64,000 nucleotides of DNA. It comes from Novakomyces olei (Eukaryota). Of the stretch, positions 35,472-47,720 are shown in pieces (position 1 is the first letter of the stretch; each line of letters opens with the position of its first letter). Position numbers and translations under genes: made by a program. Below the pieces are notes generated by a model. The model saw only the letters and a program-made list of their open reading frames with translations, searched no databases and was not told the DNA's origin. Location: NCBI GenBank assembly GCA_016906335.1, contig JADEYG010000004.1, forward strand, positions 930,001-994,000, in the 5' to 3' direction.

Positions 35472-36046
35472 TTGTGCTATTCTGCTTCAGATCGCAGCAA
35501 AAGAAAAATATCCGAACCGTGTGCAGTTTGAGTCTGGAAAATTCGAATAAATAAATAAATAACTAAAAAATTTAAATAAAATTTGAATAAAATTTGGATA
35601 AAATTTAGCAAGCTTACCACGCGAGGACTGAGCGCGGGAAAGAGTGTAGAGTGGAGAATGACCTATCCTCGCCTCAGGAGCGACGAGACCGGCGTAGAGG
35701 AATACGGTAATATATATGTACAGGCGCAAAAAATCGTAAATATCCGTGAATACTTTGCAGTACTCTGCGGATTTCGAGTGTTTTACGCTCAGATTTTAAG
35801 CGGAAACCCTCCGCACTCGACACCAAGACTCGAACTTGCGAGCTCTGTTGCCGCGAAGCCGACGATTGACACGACAATCAATGCGCCAAGGAGAAAAAAT
35901 TGAAATGTGACGAATAATTATTTTTAAAAATCTACTTTTAGGGTTTTCTATATAGCATTTGCTTGATACCCTCGTACATGTCAGGGTTTTCAATCAGGGT
36001 GTTTTTCCTGTCAAAATAGCATGGCGACTGCAGATTGAGCGACGGA

Positions 36047-37205
36047 ATGCCGACGGTCGGCATTGGCGATACAATTGCCGTTGCGGCTGTTTTCGGCGGG
36101 TGTTGCACTAATGTAGTCGCGCTGGAGAATCTGATTCAGTAAGGTGGCAATAGTGTGCGAGTAATAACGTTAGAAAAGTTCCTCAGACGGGGACAATTCT
36201 TACATGTGTGCAATTTGTGTTGACAGCCGCGCTCTCACTGCCCGCTGCGTTTAATGCAAAAAGCCATAAGGGAAATGTGCCGCTGCCGTTGCTGGTCTCG
36301 AACACGGCCCTTTTTTTCGCTTCTAATGCTCTAAACAATTGGGCCTGGGCTTTCGGAGTATCGGTCCCGCTACGTAAGATGAATCCGCTTGCCTATTATT
36401 TAAATTCTTATCAAACTTTTAATGGCTTAAATTGCGCTCAAGACTAACGGCAGACGTCATTTTCCGCAGCTCGAGCAGCCTTGTACTCATGATCGCTGCT
36501 TTTTTAATACAAAAAAAACGGTACTCCAAGGCACAGGTTTTTTCAATCGCTTTATTATGCACTGGGCTCGTGCTGGCCACTTTATATAGCACGCAAAGTG
36601 CGCCTTCACCGGCAGCAAAGCACGAGCTGGGGAAGGGTATTTTGGTGCTCTGTATCGGCCAGATTACAGGCGCGGGTATGAGCCTGCTGGGGGAGCACAT
36701 TTACAGAGTTCACCGGCCTACACCGGAACAGACTCTATTTTTTTCGGTATTTATTTATTTAATTATATATCTATTTATTTATTTATCTATTTATCTATAT
36801 GTTTTTTATTTAAATTTATTTCTTTTTTGATTTAAAACGTTTTCTAGTATTAATTCATACTATTGTGCCTATACTAACCGCTAGCATGCGCTTGGAGCGC
36901 TATTCTTTCTGCCCCTATCGCAGCGAATGGGCCGTGAATACAAGGCACTAACTTCAACCGGGAGAGATACAATTATCTGGCTCTTTGTAAACTTCGCTTC
37001 CCAATATGCCTGTGCATTTAGTGTGCAGCAAGTGGCAGCAAAAGAGTCGGCTCTCACAGTGCAAATAGTACTGACTCTGCGTAAAGCAGCGAGTCTGCTT
37101 ATAAGCGCATACATTTTTGGGAACAAGCTGCAGTGGCCTGCGTGGCTCGGGTCGGCAATGGTGTTTGCCGGTGGGCTATGCTACTCTCTACAGCCAGCCT
37201 TATAA
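36047..37205 (+). CDS. YEA4: UDP-GlcNAc transporter (SLC35B4 family); introns 36139-36173, 36374-36453, 36747-36884
   Basis: VFGGCCTNV, LNNWAWAFGVSVPLHVIFRS, VLTLRKAASLLIS..FGN. Confidence 0.9.
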
Positions 37206-37403
37206 ATCCAAGACTGGCGGTATGAATATATGAGAATAAATTTGGAAAAATGAGGCACTACATAGATTATGAATACGATCTAGATTATGAATAGAATATA
37301 TATAAATTGATGTATAATGAATTTATTTCCTTTTTTCTTCTAATCAAAACAACGTTGTATTGGCTAGCGCACTCTAGGCAGCAGGTAGAGGCAGCTGCCC
37401 TGC

Positions 37404-38735
37404 TCACGCATCAAATTTTGGGGGAAAGAATCCATGGCGGCCAAACCATTTGCCCTTCAAGAAACGGGTAAAGTATACCCAAGGGAAGAAATCTTTCTTT
37501 AGCTCATAAGCAAGCCAAGACGGTTTTCCCTGGTCAAAAAACTGGGCAAAACTCTCATCGACAACGCCATTGTACTTGAACTCGGCCAGGATCAGTTTGC
37601 CATAGCCCACCAGGATGGGGCAGGAAGTATACCCATCGTAGAAAACGTTTGCCGGTTTCTTTTCCGTAACAACACGGTAAAAATTATGAACAAAAATGGG
37701 TGTCTGCGACATAATAGCGGCGGCAGTTTTGCTTGTCGGCAGACTGGAAGAGTCTCCCAAGGACCAAACGTTTGCGTACTTACTACTCTGCATTGTGCCC
37801 TTATCAACAGCAACAAATCCCGCTTCATCGGCCAGTTTACTCTTTGCAATGAAGGGGTAAGCATTCATAGGCGGTACAGCATGAAGAAAGTCGTACTCGA
37901 CTACACTTTCGCTTCCATCTGCCTCTTTAAAAGTCGCCTTTTTGTTGGGTCCGTCTACAGCCGTGAGCACGCTCTTGTAGTGCACGTCTACTCCACGCTC
38001 TTTGCTCAAATTTTCCAGTACTTTAGAGTATTTTGCAACACCAAACATACCGGGCAAGTTTGTATGGAACTCGACCCGAGCAGGAGTGCCTTTGCCCCGC
38101 CAGTAGTCTTCAGCCATCCACATAATCTTTTGTGGCGCTCCAGCACATTTAATAGGCCCAGCGGGCTGAGTAAAAACGGCGCGCCCACCACGGAAGGCTT
38201 CAATGGCCGGGAAGACTTTGTCGCACGCATCGTAGGTGTATATACTATGAGCGGCTCCAGAGGCCAATGCTTCAGGCAATCCTTTAACTGCCTGCGGGCT
38301 TACTTGCAGACCGGCGCATACAACAAGATTGTCATACGTCAGCCGCGATCCATCGGCAATTTCTACCGTATTCGCATCCGGGTCAAGGCGCACTACATTC
38401 TCCTGCACGTGATCGACTCCCTCCGGAACAATGTCCGCGATACGCCGGCGCAAGTCCGATTTGTCTGCCAGTCCGGCGCCGACAAGCGTCCATCCGGGCT
38501 GATAATTGTGGTACTCGGCCCCGTCGACGATCGCCACACTCCCGGATTTGAGGGGAGACGGGCTTTTGGCATAGCGCTGGAGCAATTGCTGGGAGACATT
38601 AATACCAGCTGTGCCTGCGCCCACAATAAGAATTGGGAAATGACGGTCTTTTTTGGCCGCCGCTGCCGCTGACGTCGTTGAAGACGACGCGAAACGCGTG
38701 GCGCAAGTGGTAAAGGATCTGACAGACCCGAGCAT
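37404..38735 (-). CDS. SQR: Mitochondrial sulfide:quinone oxidoreductase (hmt2/SQOR)
   Basis: Presequence from ATG 38735; VGAGTAG, YQPGWTLVGAG, IKCAGAPQK, YDGYTSCP. Confidence 0.95.
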   Translation of the reverse strand: MLGSVRSFTTCATRFASSSTTSAAAAAKKDRHFPILIVGAGTAGINVSQQLLQRYAKSPSPLKSGSVAIVDGAEYHNYQPGWTLVGAGLADKSDLRRRIADIVPEGVDHVQENVVRLDPDANTVEIADGSRLTYDNLVVCAGLQVSPQAVKGLPEALASGAAHSIYTYDACDKVFPAIEAFRGGRAVFTQPAGPIKCAGAPQKIMWMAEDYWRGKGTPARVEFHTNLPGMFGVAKYSKVLENLSKERGVDVHYKSVLTAVDGPNKKATFKEADGSESVVEYDFLHAVPPMNAYPFIAKSKLADEAGFVAVDKGTMQSSKYANVWSLGDSSSLPTSKTAAAIMSQTPIFVHNFYRVVTEKKPANVFYDGYTSCPILVGYGKLILAEFKYNGVVDESFAQFFDQGKPSWLAYELKKDFFPWVYFTRFLKGKWFGRHGFFPPKFDA

Positions 38736-38824
38736 TTTCCGGTTTAATGGGTGACCAGGATCTATTTTTTCAGGCAAGGCACCATACAAAATTAGTTGCT
38801 AATACCAATATTACAATTTAAATT

Positions 38825-38933
38825 AATATAATATAATATAATATAATATAATATAATATAATATAATATAATATAATATAATATAATATAATATAATATA
38901 ATATAATATAATATAATATAATATAATATAATA
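38825..38933. repeat. (AATAT)n 5-mer array
   Basis: ~21 units upstream of SQR. Confidence 0.95.
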
Positions 38934-39203
38934 AATTGGTTACTCTTATTTTTTATTTTACGAATGCCATATCATTGCCGTACAACGGGTCAAAGATATT
39001 AAAACTACAAATCGTTTCAGTACGCTTAGCTGTTCACCCCCTTACGATTATCGTGACCACAGTACTATCTAAATAGCTAAACGTTGACGGCTGCATTTAT
39101 CCCTTTGCACAAGAATAGCACGCATAGTGCCGTACACATGCTATACTCGGGCTGTGTTACGCCTGCAATAAACTGCATTCACACAGCGCTCGATCAATTT
39201 TAT

Positions 39204-40708
39204 CTAGTCCAGTTTTACTTCCCGACTGAACTCGTCTGCTAGCGCATCGGCCTGAGCTTCGACTTTGCGTCGCTCTGCCTCGCTTTTATTCTTTCCATCA
39301 TCTTCTTGTTGCCCTGAAAATTCTATCCTTTCCAGTTCGTCATTGCTACTCTCATCTCCCCCCTCTCCCTCCTCTTCTTCTTCCTCCTCATCCTCCTCAT
39401 CACTCAATTCTTCTAAATCATCCAAGTCATCAATCTCTCCTCCACGGTAATCAAAGACAGATCTGATCTGGTCCAAAGCCTCGTCTTCGTCGGAAAAACG
39501 GTTACCGTTCAGTTCAAGCAGCCGCAGCCCCGGTAGTACATCAGCGGCACTGCCTAAAGCCGCAGACAAAGCGGCCAATCCATCTTGCTCTAGTTCGTTG
39601 TATTGCAACTTTAGGACTCGCAGTGATCTATTCTTGCCTCCACCAAGTGCCTCGACTACAGCTCGAGATCCACGAGCACCGAGCAAGCAGTCAGACACAC
39701 CGAGTTCCAAAAGCTCCGTCCATGAATCCACACAGCCGGCCAATTGAGCTGCTCCACGATGGGTAAACGTGTTGTCTTGTAAATCCAAGATTTGCAAAAA
39801 AGTACATGCCGAAAGGCCATCACGTAGTAGAGCTTCAATTCCCGCGGGTCTGATACCGTTTTGTACCATACGGACAGTACGTAAAGAAGGAGAATGTGCA
39901 GATAATGCTTGAGCCCAGGCGGCCATTGATCCATCTTCGAGCCGATTTCTCCCGCATACTATTGTCTCCAGCATGCTATTTTGGGAGCCCTTTTTCTTTT
40001 GAGCAAGCTCCTCAAGTGCCCGAGCTATTTTACTTCCCGCTTGAGGGCCGAGTCCGTTATTTTGCAGGTATAAATGTCTCAGGGGAACATGCTGGCCCAA
40101 AAACTTGATCAAAGGCTCCTGCGCAGTAGGACCAAAAGCGTTATCACTCAGGTCTACGGTATGAAGGTTCGGGAGTTGTAGTAATGCAGTTAAAAGCGCG
40201 TCTAGAGCATCGGGGATTTCATTTGCTAACCGTCCTGTGAATATGTCTCCAAGACGAGCCGCCTACCGTTAGCTCTGGACACAAACGAAATAAATTGGTT
40301 TTTCTGTATAGCAATGAGACGGAGGCAGTGTCGATTACGACATACACAAAGTAGCGTAATCATACTCATGCAGAGACAAAAGGCGTATAAGCACACAACA
40401 AAGACGACAGAGGAGCAGCACGAAAAAGATCAAAAGTGCCATGGCTCTCGCAGGATCTTGCTTACCTCTAAATGCTTCAGCTGCGAAATTTCTTTTGCTA
40501 AAGCCTTGGCAGCATCGATGCCGATTGTGTTTCCACTTAAACGTATTTCTTGAAGATCTTCACGGCCACGTTTCAGCTCTTCACAGATCTCATGAACATC
40601 TTCCGCAGTGTCGTATTTTGCTCCTACAGTCTTGATAGAGTACGACTTTTTGCTCGACGCCAGCTGTTCTTGAGCGCTCGACGTTGCGGCTTCTGCCGTT
40701 GTCGCCAT
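39204..40708 (-). CDS. RNA1: Ran GTPase-activating protein; intron 40263-40465
   Basis: LRRs [38 protein letters not shown]; acidic tail. Confidence 0.95.
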
Positions 40709-40934
40709 ACTCTCTCGCAACTCTGCCTCGTGATTCGTAAGGCAGAAATAGAATAAAAATAATCGAGTGGACTTATTGTAGTATATAAATCTAACAAGGA
40801 TTGTATTAGTTTATTCGTTTATTATTTATTATTTATTATTTATTATTTATTATTTATTATTTATTATTTATCATCTATCATTATGTATTACAAATTATAA
40901 TAAACTCCAGATCGTCAACATCAACGAGACCAAG

Positions 40935-41219
40935 ATGCCCTTAATCACAGGTGATTCTGTCTTGGGCGACTATGATCCGGCGACAGTTGAAGTCGCTGTG
41001 GTCGAATGGCCGGCTGATCGCAGTCGGCCAAAGCCGTGCTGCGCTTGTCCGGAAACAAAAAAGGCGCGAGACGATTGCATGCTGGAATCACCGGACGGAG
41101 CGATAGCCTGCCGTGATCTTATTCTTGCCCATCGACGGTATAATTCCGATACTTAATTTGTATTAGAGGTACAGGAGCTAATTTCAAGATGCATGGCAAG
41201 CTTTGGTTATCGGATTTAG
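40935..41219 (+). CDS. COX17: Copper chaperone for cytochrome c oxidase; intron 41138-41188
   Basis: [31 protein letters not shown] (twin CX9C). Confidence 0.93.
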
Positions 41220-42116
41220 CATAAGCCTTTTCAAAATTAGACGAGCAGTTTCATGGATTTGTCAAGGGTAAGCTTAGCCAATGAATGAATGTATGCTTAT
41301 ATAGTGCTTACAATGTAGACGGGACCGTTTATGAACAGTCTTCAAACTCTCATGTCAAACATACCTCATCACTCTTCGTGGCCGGTAATGGGAATCCTGC
41401 GGCATTTTAAACAGATGAATCAGGTACCCTTGAGCAAAAGGTTATGATACAAACACCGATTAAATCTGAATAGGCACAATGATCAAAGGATTAATAAATA
41501 ATAATGATACTTGGTACTTGCAATGGCTTTACCCGCTATATCGGACAGTGTGAGTATTACACTACCGGCTGTGGCCAGTCTTTTATTTGACAGAGTAGAA
41601 TTATAGAATGATACACAGCACGCAATTAATTAAACAACAAAAAGCAATGATCAAATTTTCGGTAACAAGAGGCTGTCCCAAAATACGACGCCCTCGCGCT
41701 TCCAGAGCAAACATCACCATTATTTCATAAACAAAAAAATAAAAGTAATATATAAAGATATCAAATAAACTAAACCCTAATGTTCTTTAAATCCAAACAC
41801 TTTCATTCCTTTCATCGCTAGCCATCCATCGTCTGCACTGCCCACTAGACGCTCCCGGAGTTCGAATTTTTCCCAATTCGAATTTTTTCCGGGTTCGAAT
41901 TTCCCCTAGCCCTATCCCTCTTCACAAAAAAATAGATCAAAAGGAGGTATTGACCTTGCGCCAAGAAACTTTCACAATACTTTTAAACTATATGTTTTCT
42001 AAAAAAAAAATAAAAAATAAAAAAATAACAAATAAAAAACAAAAAAATAAATAAATAGAATTAATTTTCTTTTTCTTCAACTTCCTTCCCGCTCAGCAAG
42101 CCCAACTTCATCCCGT

Positions 42117-45100
42117 CTATCCCTGCTTAGGCAGTTCGGGCGATGTATAATCATCCTTCAACTTGTGCTCCGTTCGAAGAGCCCATCGTTGAGCCTCTTG
42201 CGTGTTGACTCGCTGAGCAGGTCGCGGCCGTTCTGCTTTTGATCTGGTCGCAGGAGATTCATGGACCAGTCCGGTATTACCACTACTGGCACCGGAAGAC
42301 GATTTACTAAGGACTCTGCCATTGGCATCATACCCCTCCTCCGTACTGCCAGGCCCTGCTCCAATAGTCCCTCCTCCATACTGAGCCAAAAGCTCTTCGC
42401 ATTTCCGTACAAGTTCCTTGGGTGAAAGTTCCGATAGAGTGGACAAGAGCGAAGAGTCCTGTAGAATGATTGCAATATCAGCCGGAACCATACAGAATTC
42501 GCTGTTGTACTCTAGCAGAGCATGAACGGCTTCAATGGCGAGAAAACTATCGTCTTTGCCGTAATCCTGGTCCTTTTTAAACAAGATATTTGGAGCCATT
42601 ACAGTGGCAATATTATGCAGATCCATTTTGCTGCCGGACGATTGCCCTACCTCTGAGAAGCTTGCTGCCCAGAGCAAGAAATTAAACAAGACTTCCATAG
42701 TATCCCTGTGGCACTTTGGCAGTAGACAGCAGGTCAGGTGAAGCAGCCTGAGCTGTGCTTGTTCATCCTCCATAGTAGCAGACAGAATCCAAATCTTGTA
42801 GAGCTTGAACGTCAGGAGAGGATCCGGGAGAGCCCGAAGAAACTTTTTCAAAAGTGCTGCTAATTGCACAGGCGTTTCATTTTCAAAACTGACCTGCTGC
42901 GGGTTCCGATCCAGCCGCTCCGAGAGCTCACGGAGCCGCCTTATATTGCCATTCTTACGGAAAACACCCTCTACGGACATGTCCTTCTGTCGCATTGCAT
43001 TGAGCACGTCTTCAATAAAACTCGGGATTGGCAGGTTGCCCGAGGTAAGGCCCTGAGCAGATTCAGTAGAGTCTCTTTCGACCAAGACTTCCAGGGACAC
43101 ACCAAAAGTATTGGCTGCGCTTTTCTTTACACCATCCTTCTTGTCTGCCGCTGTTTTGCCCTTCAAAGCTTTACCAAACTTTTCCCAAAATCCGCCCTTG
43201 CGCACTTCTATCATGTCCAATAAATCTTCAATGGAAAACTTGTCTTTTACAAGCGGCTGTATCAATACTACTGCAATATGTCGAACAATAAGCATCTCTA
43301 GTGCCGATAACTCTGACAGGTACCGTGTACGTGGCTGATTGTAGGCCGCATGCAGCCCGGAAGAGCCTTCATCGTCGCCCACACTGCGAAGATTGCTTTG
43401 CCTCTGCTCATCAGCTATCGTACCGTCAGCAACGACACTGTCGCCATTATCCTCTGCGAATACATCTCTAGATCTGTTGCAAACAGCTTCGTCCTGCGCA
43501 TGGTTCTCGCTCGAAAGTCGGTGCGAGGGAACTCCGTGGGTTCTTGCGTGCTCAGACGAGAGCATCCTCGAACTCCGCATGTGCTGGTAAGCATTCGGCC
43601 TGTACTCCCGGTCTTGCCGCTCGTTCAGCAGTTTCGGGATATCATCAAGCGTTAGAAACCGGTCTGTTGACCTCGACTGAGGAAGGCGTCGGCCAGAAGT
43701 GAAAGATGTAGCACTAGCAAACGCACTAGCATCAGTACTAATAGTTGCATTAGCAATAGTATTATTAGTATTAATTATTCTCGTGCCAGTGGTGTTGCTG
43801 TTGCTGACATCACTTGCGACAGGAAGCCTCCGCTGTGTCGGTGAGACAAAGCTTTGCTTTCCTTCCTGCACAGGATCGTTACGGACCAGCCGTATATCTC
43901 CAGCCTGAGGAGGCTCTTTCCTCGCCGATGACTGACCTAGAGCGTCATGCTTTTTGGCTGTATCAACACGAAGCTTTTTCATCTCCTGCAGAGCATGCAT
44001 ATAATTCTTTTTCGTCGTATGTTCCACATCAAACGACTTTGACCGAGAATTCGACCGTTGCGGTCCGGATTTGGCCAGATTGATGTTGGTACTGGGTTTG
44101 TTGGTGATATTGTTGTTGATGTTGTTTTCGTTGTTATAATCATTCTTGCTATTTCCCTGATTCGAGGCTGAAGTATAAGAGGCTGGCGGACGTACTTGCT
44201 CTGCTGTGTGAGGTAATAAAGGACCTTCCTTCAGCATCTGATACAGTCGAACAAGAGCCACAGACAACAGGAAAATATACTGACCAAGTTTAGTTACAGG
44301 AACAAACTCCTGGAATGTCAATTCGTGCTGCTGAATAGCGCCTGCATTGTTTGCTGATAAATGATGATTACAACGGACACAATTGCCACGAGTGTCCCAG
44401 CGTGCATTCGCTACTTGCCGCCTTAGAAACACGTGGCAAGTTGCACACTCGAGGCACCCGTAATGGGCTCTTTTACTGGCAAAATTGGGCTGTTTGCCAT
44501 CCCCAGCAGCAGCTGAGACTGTAGCCACACACTGATCTTCCACAAGTCTCTTACAGACTGCACACGTATCCATTTCGGCATCAACGCTTTGGTTCAAATC
44601 AAGGCCTGCTCCATCAGCCAGTCTGGCACCAGTGCGGTTTGTACCGGTGGACTTGCTGTTGGTCCGTCGATGGAAATGATCTAAATGGCCCAAGAACTTT
44701 TTAAGCGCAGTGCTATCGCCAAACTCCCGTTCTGCACGAAGAGCCGAAGTCAACGCTGTTCGGATAAGCAGTTTGAGATAATGAGCAAGACCAGTAACGA
44801 GGGACAATAGTTCTTGACTCATTCCCGTCCTGCGCTCACCCAGACTAACTCCATTGTGCTGTGATTGAGCTATTAAATCAAAGAAAGCCACTACTTTGCG
44901 ACATAGCAATTTAGCCTCCCGGCCATAGTTTATCTGGCCTTTTCCCAGGCCTGCATTATTGGAGGCCTGGCTGCCCGCATCATTGCCCTTGCTTTCATCC
45001 GACGCAGCTGCCTGTTTAACAGCTGCATCGATAAAGATTTTGTCTATCTGATCAATGGCTTCAAAGAGCACTTGAACGTGAGCAATAAACCTTCGTGACC

Positions 45101-46187
45101 CATGTATTCCATCGACTAGAGCTCCGTTGGACACGTGCAGAAGCATATCCGAGATACAGGCAGCCGAGGACTCTTCAAACGTAGAGAGCACAGACCAGAT
45201 ACGGAATACTTTGTCTTCTGACTGCTTTGCCACGCGCTTGAAGTCCTCAGCAGTTAGTGTCTCCGGTCGGAACCTTGTGCCCTCGTACTGACTGCACAAG
45301 TCCTTGCTGCCCGACGGTTCGTGACTGGAAAGCTTAACGTTCCAGAACTTTTGGATCATATAGCACTCTGGGTGCCAGTACAGTTTCTGTCCGTTTCGCA
45401 TTATTTCTACAAACTGCTTTAATATGGGGATTTCACAGCCGCTACACCGCAGGGCAAACATTGTGGAATAATGATAATGGCAATACACCTGCCCTTCATG
45501 CTCATAGTAGCTGTCGTGCGGGCCAAACACAGTTGGGCATATCGAACACGTAAAATGCTCAATATGGTACTTGCGATTAAGAGCAGTAATGTAGCTGCCA
45601 CGTAAAGCTTTCCCGCACTTGTCGCACAAAAGATTTAGCCGCCGAAAATAGTCTGTTTCGCAAAGTGATAGCTGCTTTGAACTATCTGAAGGATCGGCCA
45701 CAGGGAAAAACCGGTTAGCCACGACTTTTCCACAATCAAAGCACCTCAAGCATTCGAGATGAAAGGTATCATTGAGCGCTCGTACAAATTGACCGCTAAG
45801 TTTCTTGTTGCAGCTTGCACAGTAGCGGACTGTAGTTGATCGCTTTGGACCAGGCTCCGAGTCTTTTCCAGCTCCAGGGAGTTTTGTAATGTTTCCGACA
45901 GACTCGGTGCTCGTATTGCTCGCTTTAGACGCGTGATGATGAGCATTCTCTTGATCAACGGAGTTCACTCCCGAATTTGACCCGTAAAAGTGGGCAGCTG
46001 AAGAGTTTGAAGCGGGGGTATCTGTATAACGGTCCGATTTCGTGGGTGAGCCGCCTCCTTCTCCATTTTGCTGAGGTGAAGCATTTGCAGTAACAAGAGA
46101 AAAAGTGTTGCTGTTTACAGTCGGCAGTTTTCGTCCCACTGCAGCAAGACTTTTGCGGAACTTTCCCCGGTCAATGACCGAACTCAT
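42117..46187 (-). CDS. LRG1: LIM-domain Rho GTPase-activating protein (Lrg1 / S. pombe Rga1 type)
   Basis: N-terminal LIM domains; RhoGAP EGVFRKNGNIRRL, KMDLHNIATVMAPNIL. Confidence 0.9.
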   Translation of the reverse strand: MSSVIDRGKFRKSLAAVGRKLPTVNSNTFSLVTANASPQQNGEGGGSPTKSDRYTDTPASNSSAAHFYGSNSGVNSVDQENAHHHASKASNTSTESVGNITKLPGAGKDSEPGPKRSTTVRYCASCNKKLSGQFVRALNDTFHLECLRCFDCGKVVANRFFPVADPSDSSKQLSLCETDYFRRLNLLCDKCGKALRGSYITALNRKYHIEHFTCSICPTVFGPHDSYYEHEGQVYCHYHYSTMFALRCSGCEIPILKQFVEIMRNGQKLYWHPECYMIQKFWNVKLSSHEPSGSKDLCSQYEGTRFRPETLTAEDFKRVAKQSEDKVFRIWSVLSTFEESSAACISDMLLHVSNGALVDGIHGSRRFIAHVQVLFEAIDQIDKIFIDAAVKQAAASDESKGNDAGSQASNNAGLGKGQINYGREAKLLCRKVVAFFDLIAQSQHNGVSLGERRTGMSQELLSLVTGLAHYLKLLIRTALTSALRAEREFGDSTALKKFLGHLDHFHRRTNSKSTGTNRTGARLADGAGLDLNQSVDAEMDTCAVCKRLVEDQCVATVSAAAGDGKQPNFASKRAHYGCLECATCHVFLRRQVANARWDTRGNCVRCNHHLSANNAGAIQQHELTFQEFVPVTKLGQYIFLLSVALVRLYQMLKEGPLLPHTAEQVRPPASYTSASNQGNSKNDYNNENNINNNITNKPSTNINLAKSGPQRSNSRSKSFDVEHTTKKNYMHALQEMKKLRVDTAKKHDALGQSSARKEPPQAGDIRLVRNDPVQEGKQSFVSPTQRRLPVASDVSNSNTTGTRIINTNNTIANATISTDASAFASATSFTSGRRLPQSRSTDRFLTLDDIPKLLNERQDREYRPNAYQHMRSSRMLSSEHARTHGVPSHRLSSENHAQDEAVCNRSRDVFAEDNGDSVVADGTIADEQRQSNLRSVGDDEGSSGLHAAYNQPRTRYLSELSALEMLIVRHIAVVLIQPLVKDKFSIEDLLDMIEVRKGGFWEKFGKALKGKTAADKKDGVKKSAANTFGVSLEVLVERDSTESAQGLTSGNLPIPSFIEDVLNAMRQKDMSVEGVFRKNGNIRRLRELSERLDRNPQQVSFENETPVQLAALLKKFLRALPDPLLTFKLYKIWILSATMEDEQAQLRLLHLTCCLLPKCHRDTMEVLFNFLLWAASFSEVGQSSGSKMDLHNIATVMAPNILFKKDQDYGKDDSFLAIEAVHALLEYNSEFCMVPADIAIILQDSSLLSTLSELSPKELVRKCEELLAQYGGGTIGAGPGSTEEGYDANGRVLSKSSSGASSGNTGLVHESPATRSKAERPRPAQRVNTQEAQRWALRTEHKLKDDYTSPELPKQG

Positions 46188-47720
46188 GAGTCGTGAGTAC
46201 CGCTACTCGAGTGTACGTTGCAGGTATCACAAGAATTTTTTTTTAAATCAAAAGACTGGAGTTGTTTTGTCAGGCTAAAGTTACATGAATACTATCATGC
46301 CGAAAAAATACAAGCAAACAAAAGGATATCAAATCAGGAGGCCCAGGTTTTAGAACTGCGCTCGATTTCGTCAGACTCGTTCGTCAGACTCGTTCGTCAG
46401 ACTCGCGCAGTAACGCAGTAACGCAGTAAACTGGTCGTAATGAGATGCAAAACTTTTAAAATTTAAAGCAAATTAGCATAAACCGATCTGAAACCTTGAA
46501 AGGATCGATCGAGCCCGTAGGATTTTGGATAGAGAAATAAAACGGTATATAGTGTTCTTGTCCTTGGCCTCTATGGCAAGTCGCGCGCTTGACGCACGGC
46601 AAAGTGCCCGAGGAGAAAAACGCGAAACTCGCGGCCTGTACGCGCGGACACTCCGTGCAAGGCAAGTCACGCTAGAAAGATTGTGCGACGAGAGCAATTA
46701 ATGCGAAATTGAACGCGAACAACTCAGTCTCGATGGATCTGTTTCGAAACAGTAAAAACGAGAGTAAGTGCACCAATGTGCCCCGGAAATTGACGCGTTT
46801 TTCAGCTCAAATTTAAAAGTCTACCAGATAAGAGCAACACAAGAATCCGCCTTTGCCTTCAGCTGACTTTAGCGAGGCGTTATCGCCACGCAAACGCAAA
46901 CCGCCGTCTCTGTTTTGGCACACAATCTGCGAAAGCACTTTGTATACAAAATAATTACAGTGTGATACCAAGTAAGATTCTGAGCCATGAGAGTTATTGT
47001 GCTTTTTTCTATTTAGACTAGTATTCTTTGTTTATGTAATAATATTGCAGGTTTTATACATTACTATGGGCAGTCGCAGTAATGGAAAAATCACACTGCA
47101 CATTTTATACTAATACCGCACGAAAATAGTCTTCTACTTTCCGCTCCACTTGCTTATGTAATTTAGGCACAATAGAAAGAGCGGCTCGTACAAGTAACGG
47201 ACGCGTCAGTTCGATAAGGTCGAGCGAATAGTACAAGAGCCGTTTTGCCTTCGCGTCAAGGCTAATAAGACAAGTATATGCAATTATTACTACACTTGCC
47301 AGTCGACTAGTCTCAGGGAAGCCTGTGCCAAGGTATAAAACAAATTGATCTTGAACTGTAATGCGCCGACCCAGGATACATCTCAGCTGGTTTGTTTAAT
47401 TGTTTATGTTTATATTTGCGTCTTTTCTAGTAGCAATTCGATTAGTCCCATTCAAACAGCAATTAATAGTCGACTAAATAAAGGAGACAAAAGATCTACA
47501 TGGTTTGAGATTCGTCAAACACTGGAACGATAATCAAATACGTAAAAGAGACTTGACGAATAATGAAACTGAAGAGTATTTGCCTTTAAATAGCGAATCA
47601 TTTAATACGAAAAGTAAAGGATTACAGTGCTACATGACAAATATATGGCAATTATACAACGTATACAATTAGAATGTAAATGCAGGTATCACTTTCCAAC
47701 TATGCACAACCCTTTGGCGC

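Noticed and set aside
35823-35890. tRNA-like T-arm CAAGTTCGAGTCTTG on the minus strand
   Set aside because: No cloverleaf, acceptor stem or proper A box; at most an isolated B-box
37686-38672. Long antisense ORFs (also 20427-21224, 2377-3165, 54256-54957)
   Set aside because: Shadows of real genes on the opposite strand or in an overlapping frame; no recognisable motifs
40300-40372. Hairpin followed by ACA in the RNA1 intron (H/ACA candidate)
   Set aside because: No H box, and pocket-to-ACA distance is about 25 nt rather than 14-16
41855-41906. Three TTCGAATTT repeats resembling TFIIIC B-boxes
   Set aside because: Each misses the GWTCRANNC consensus; consistent with ordinary stutter duplication
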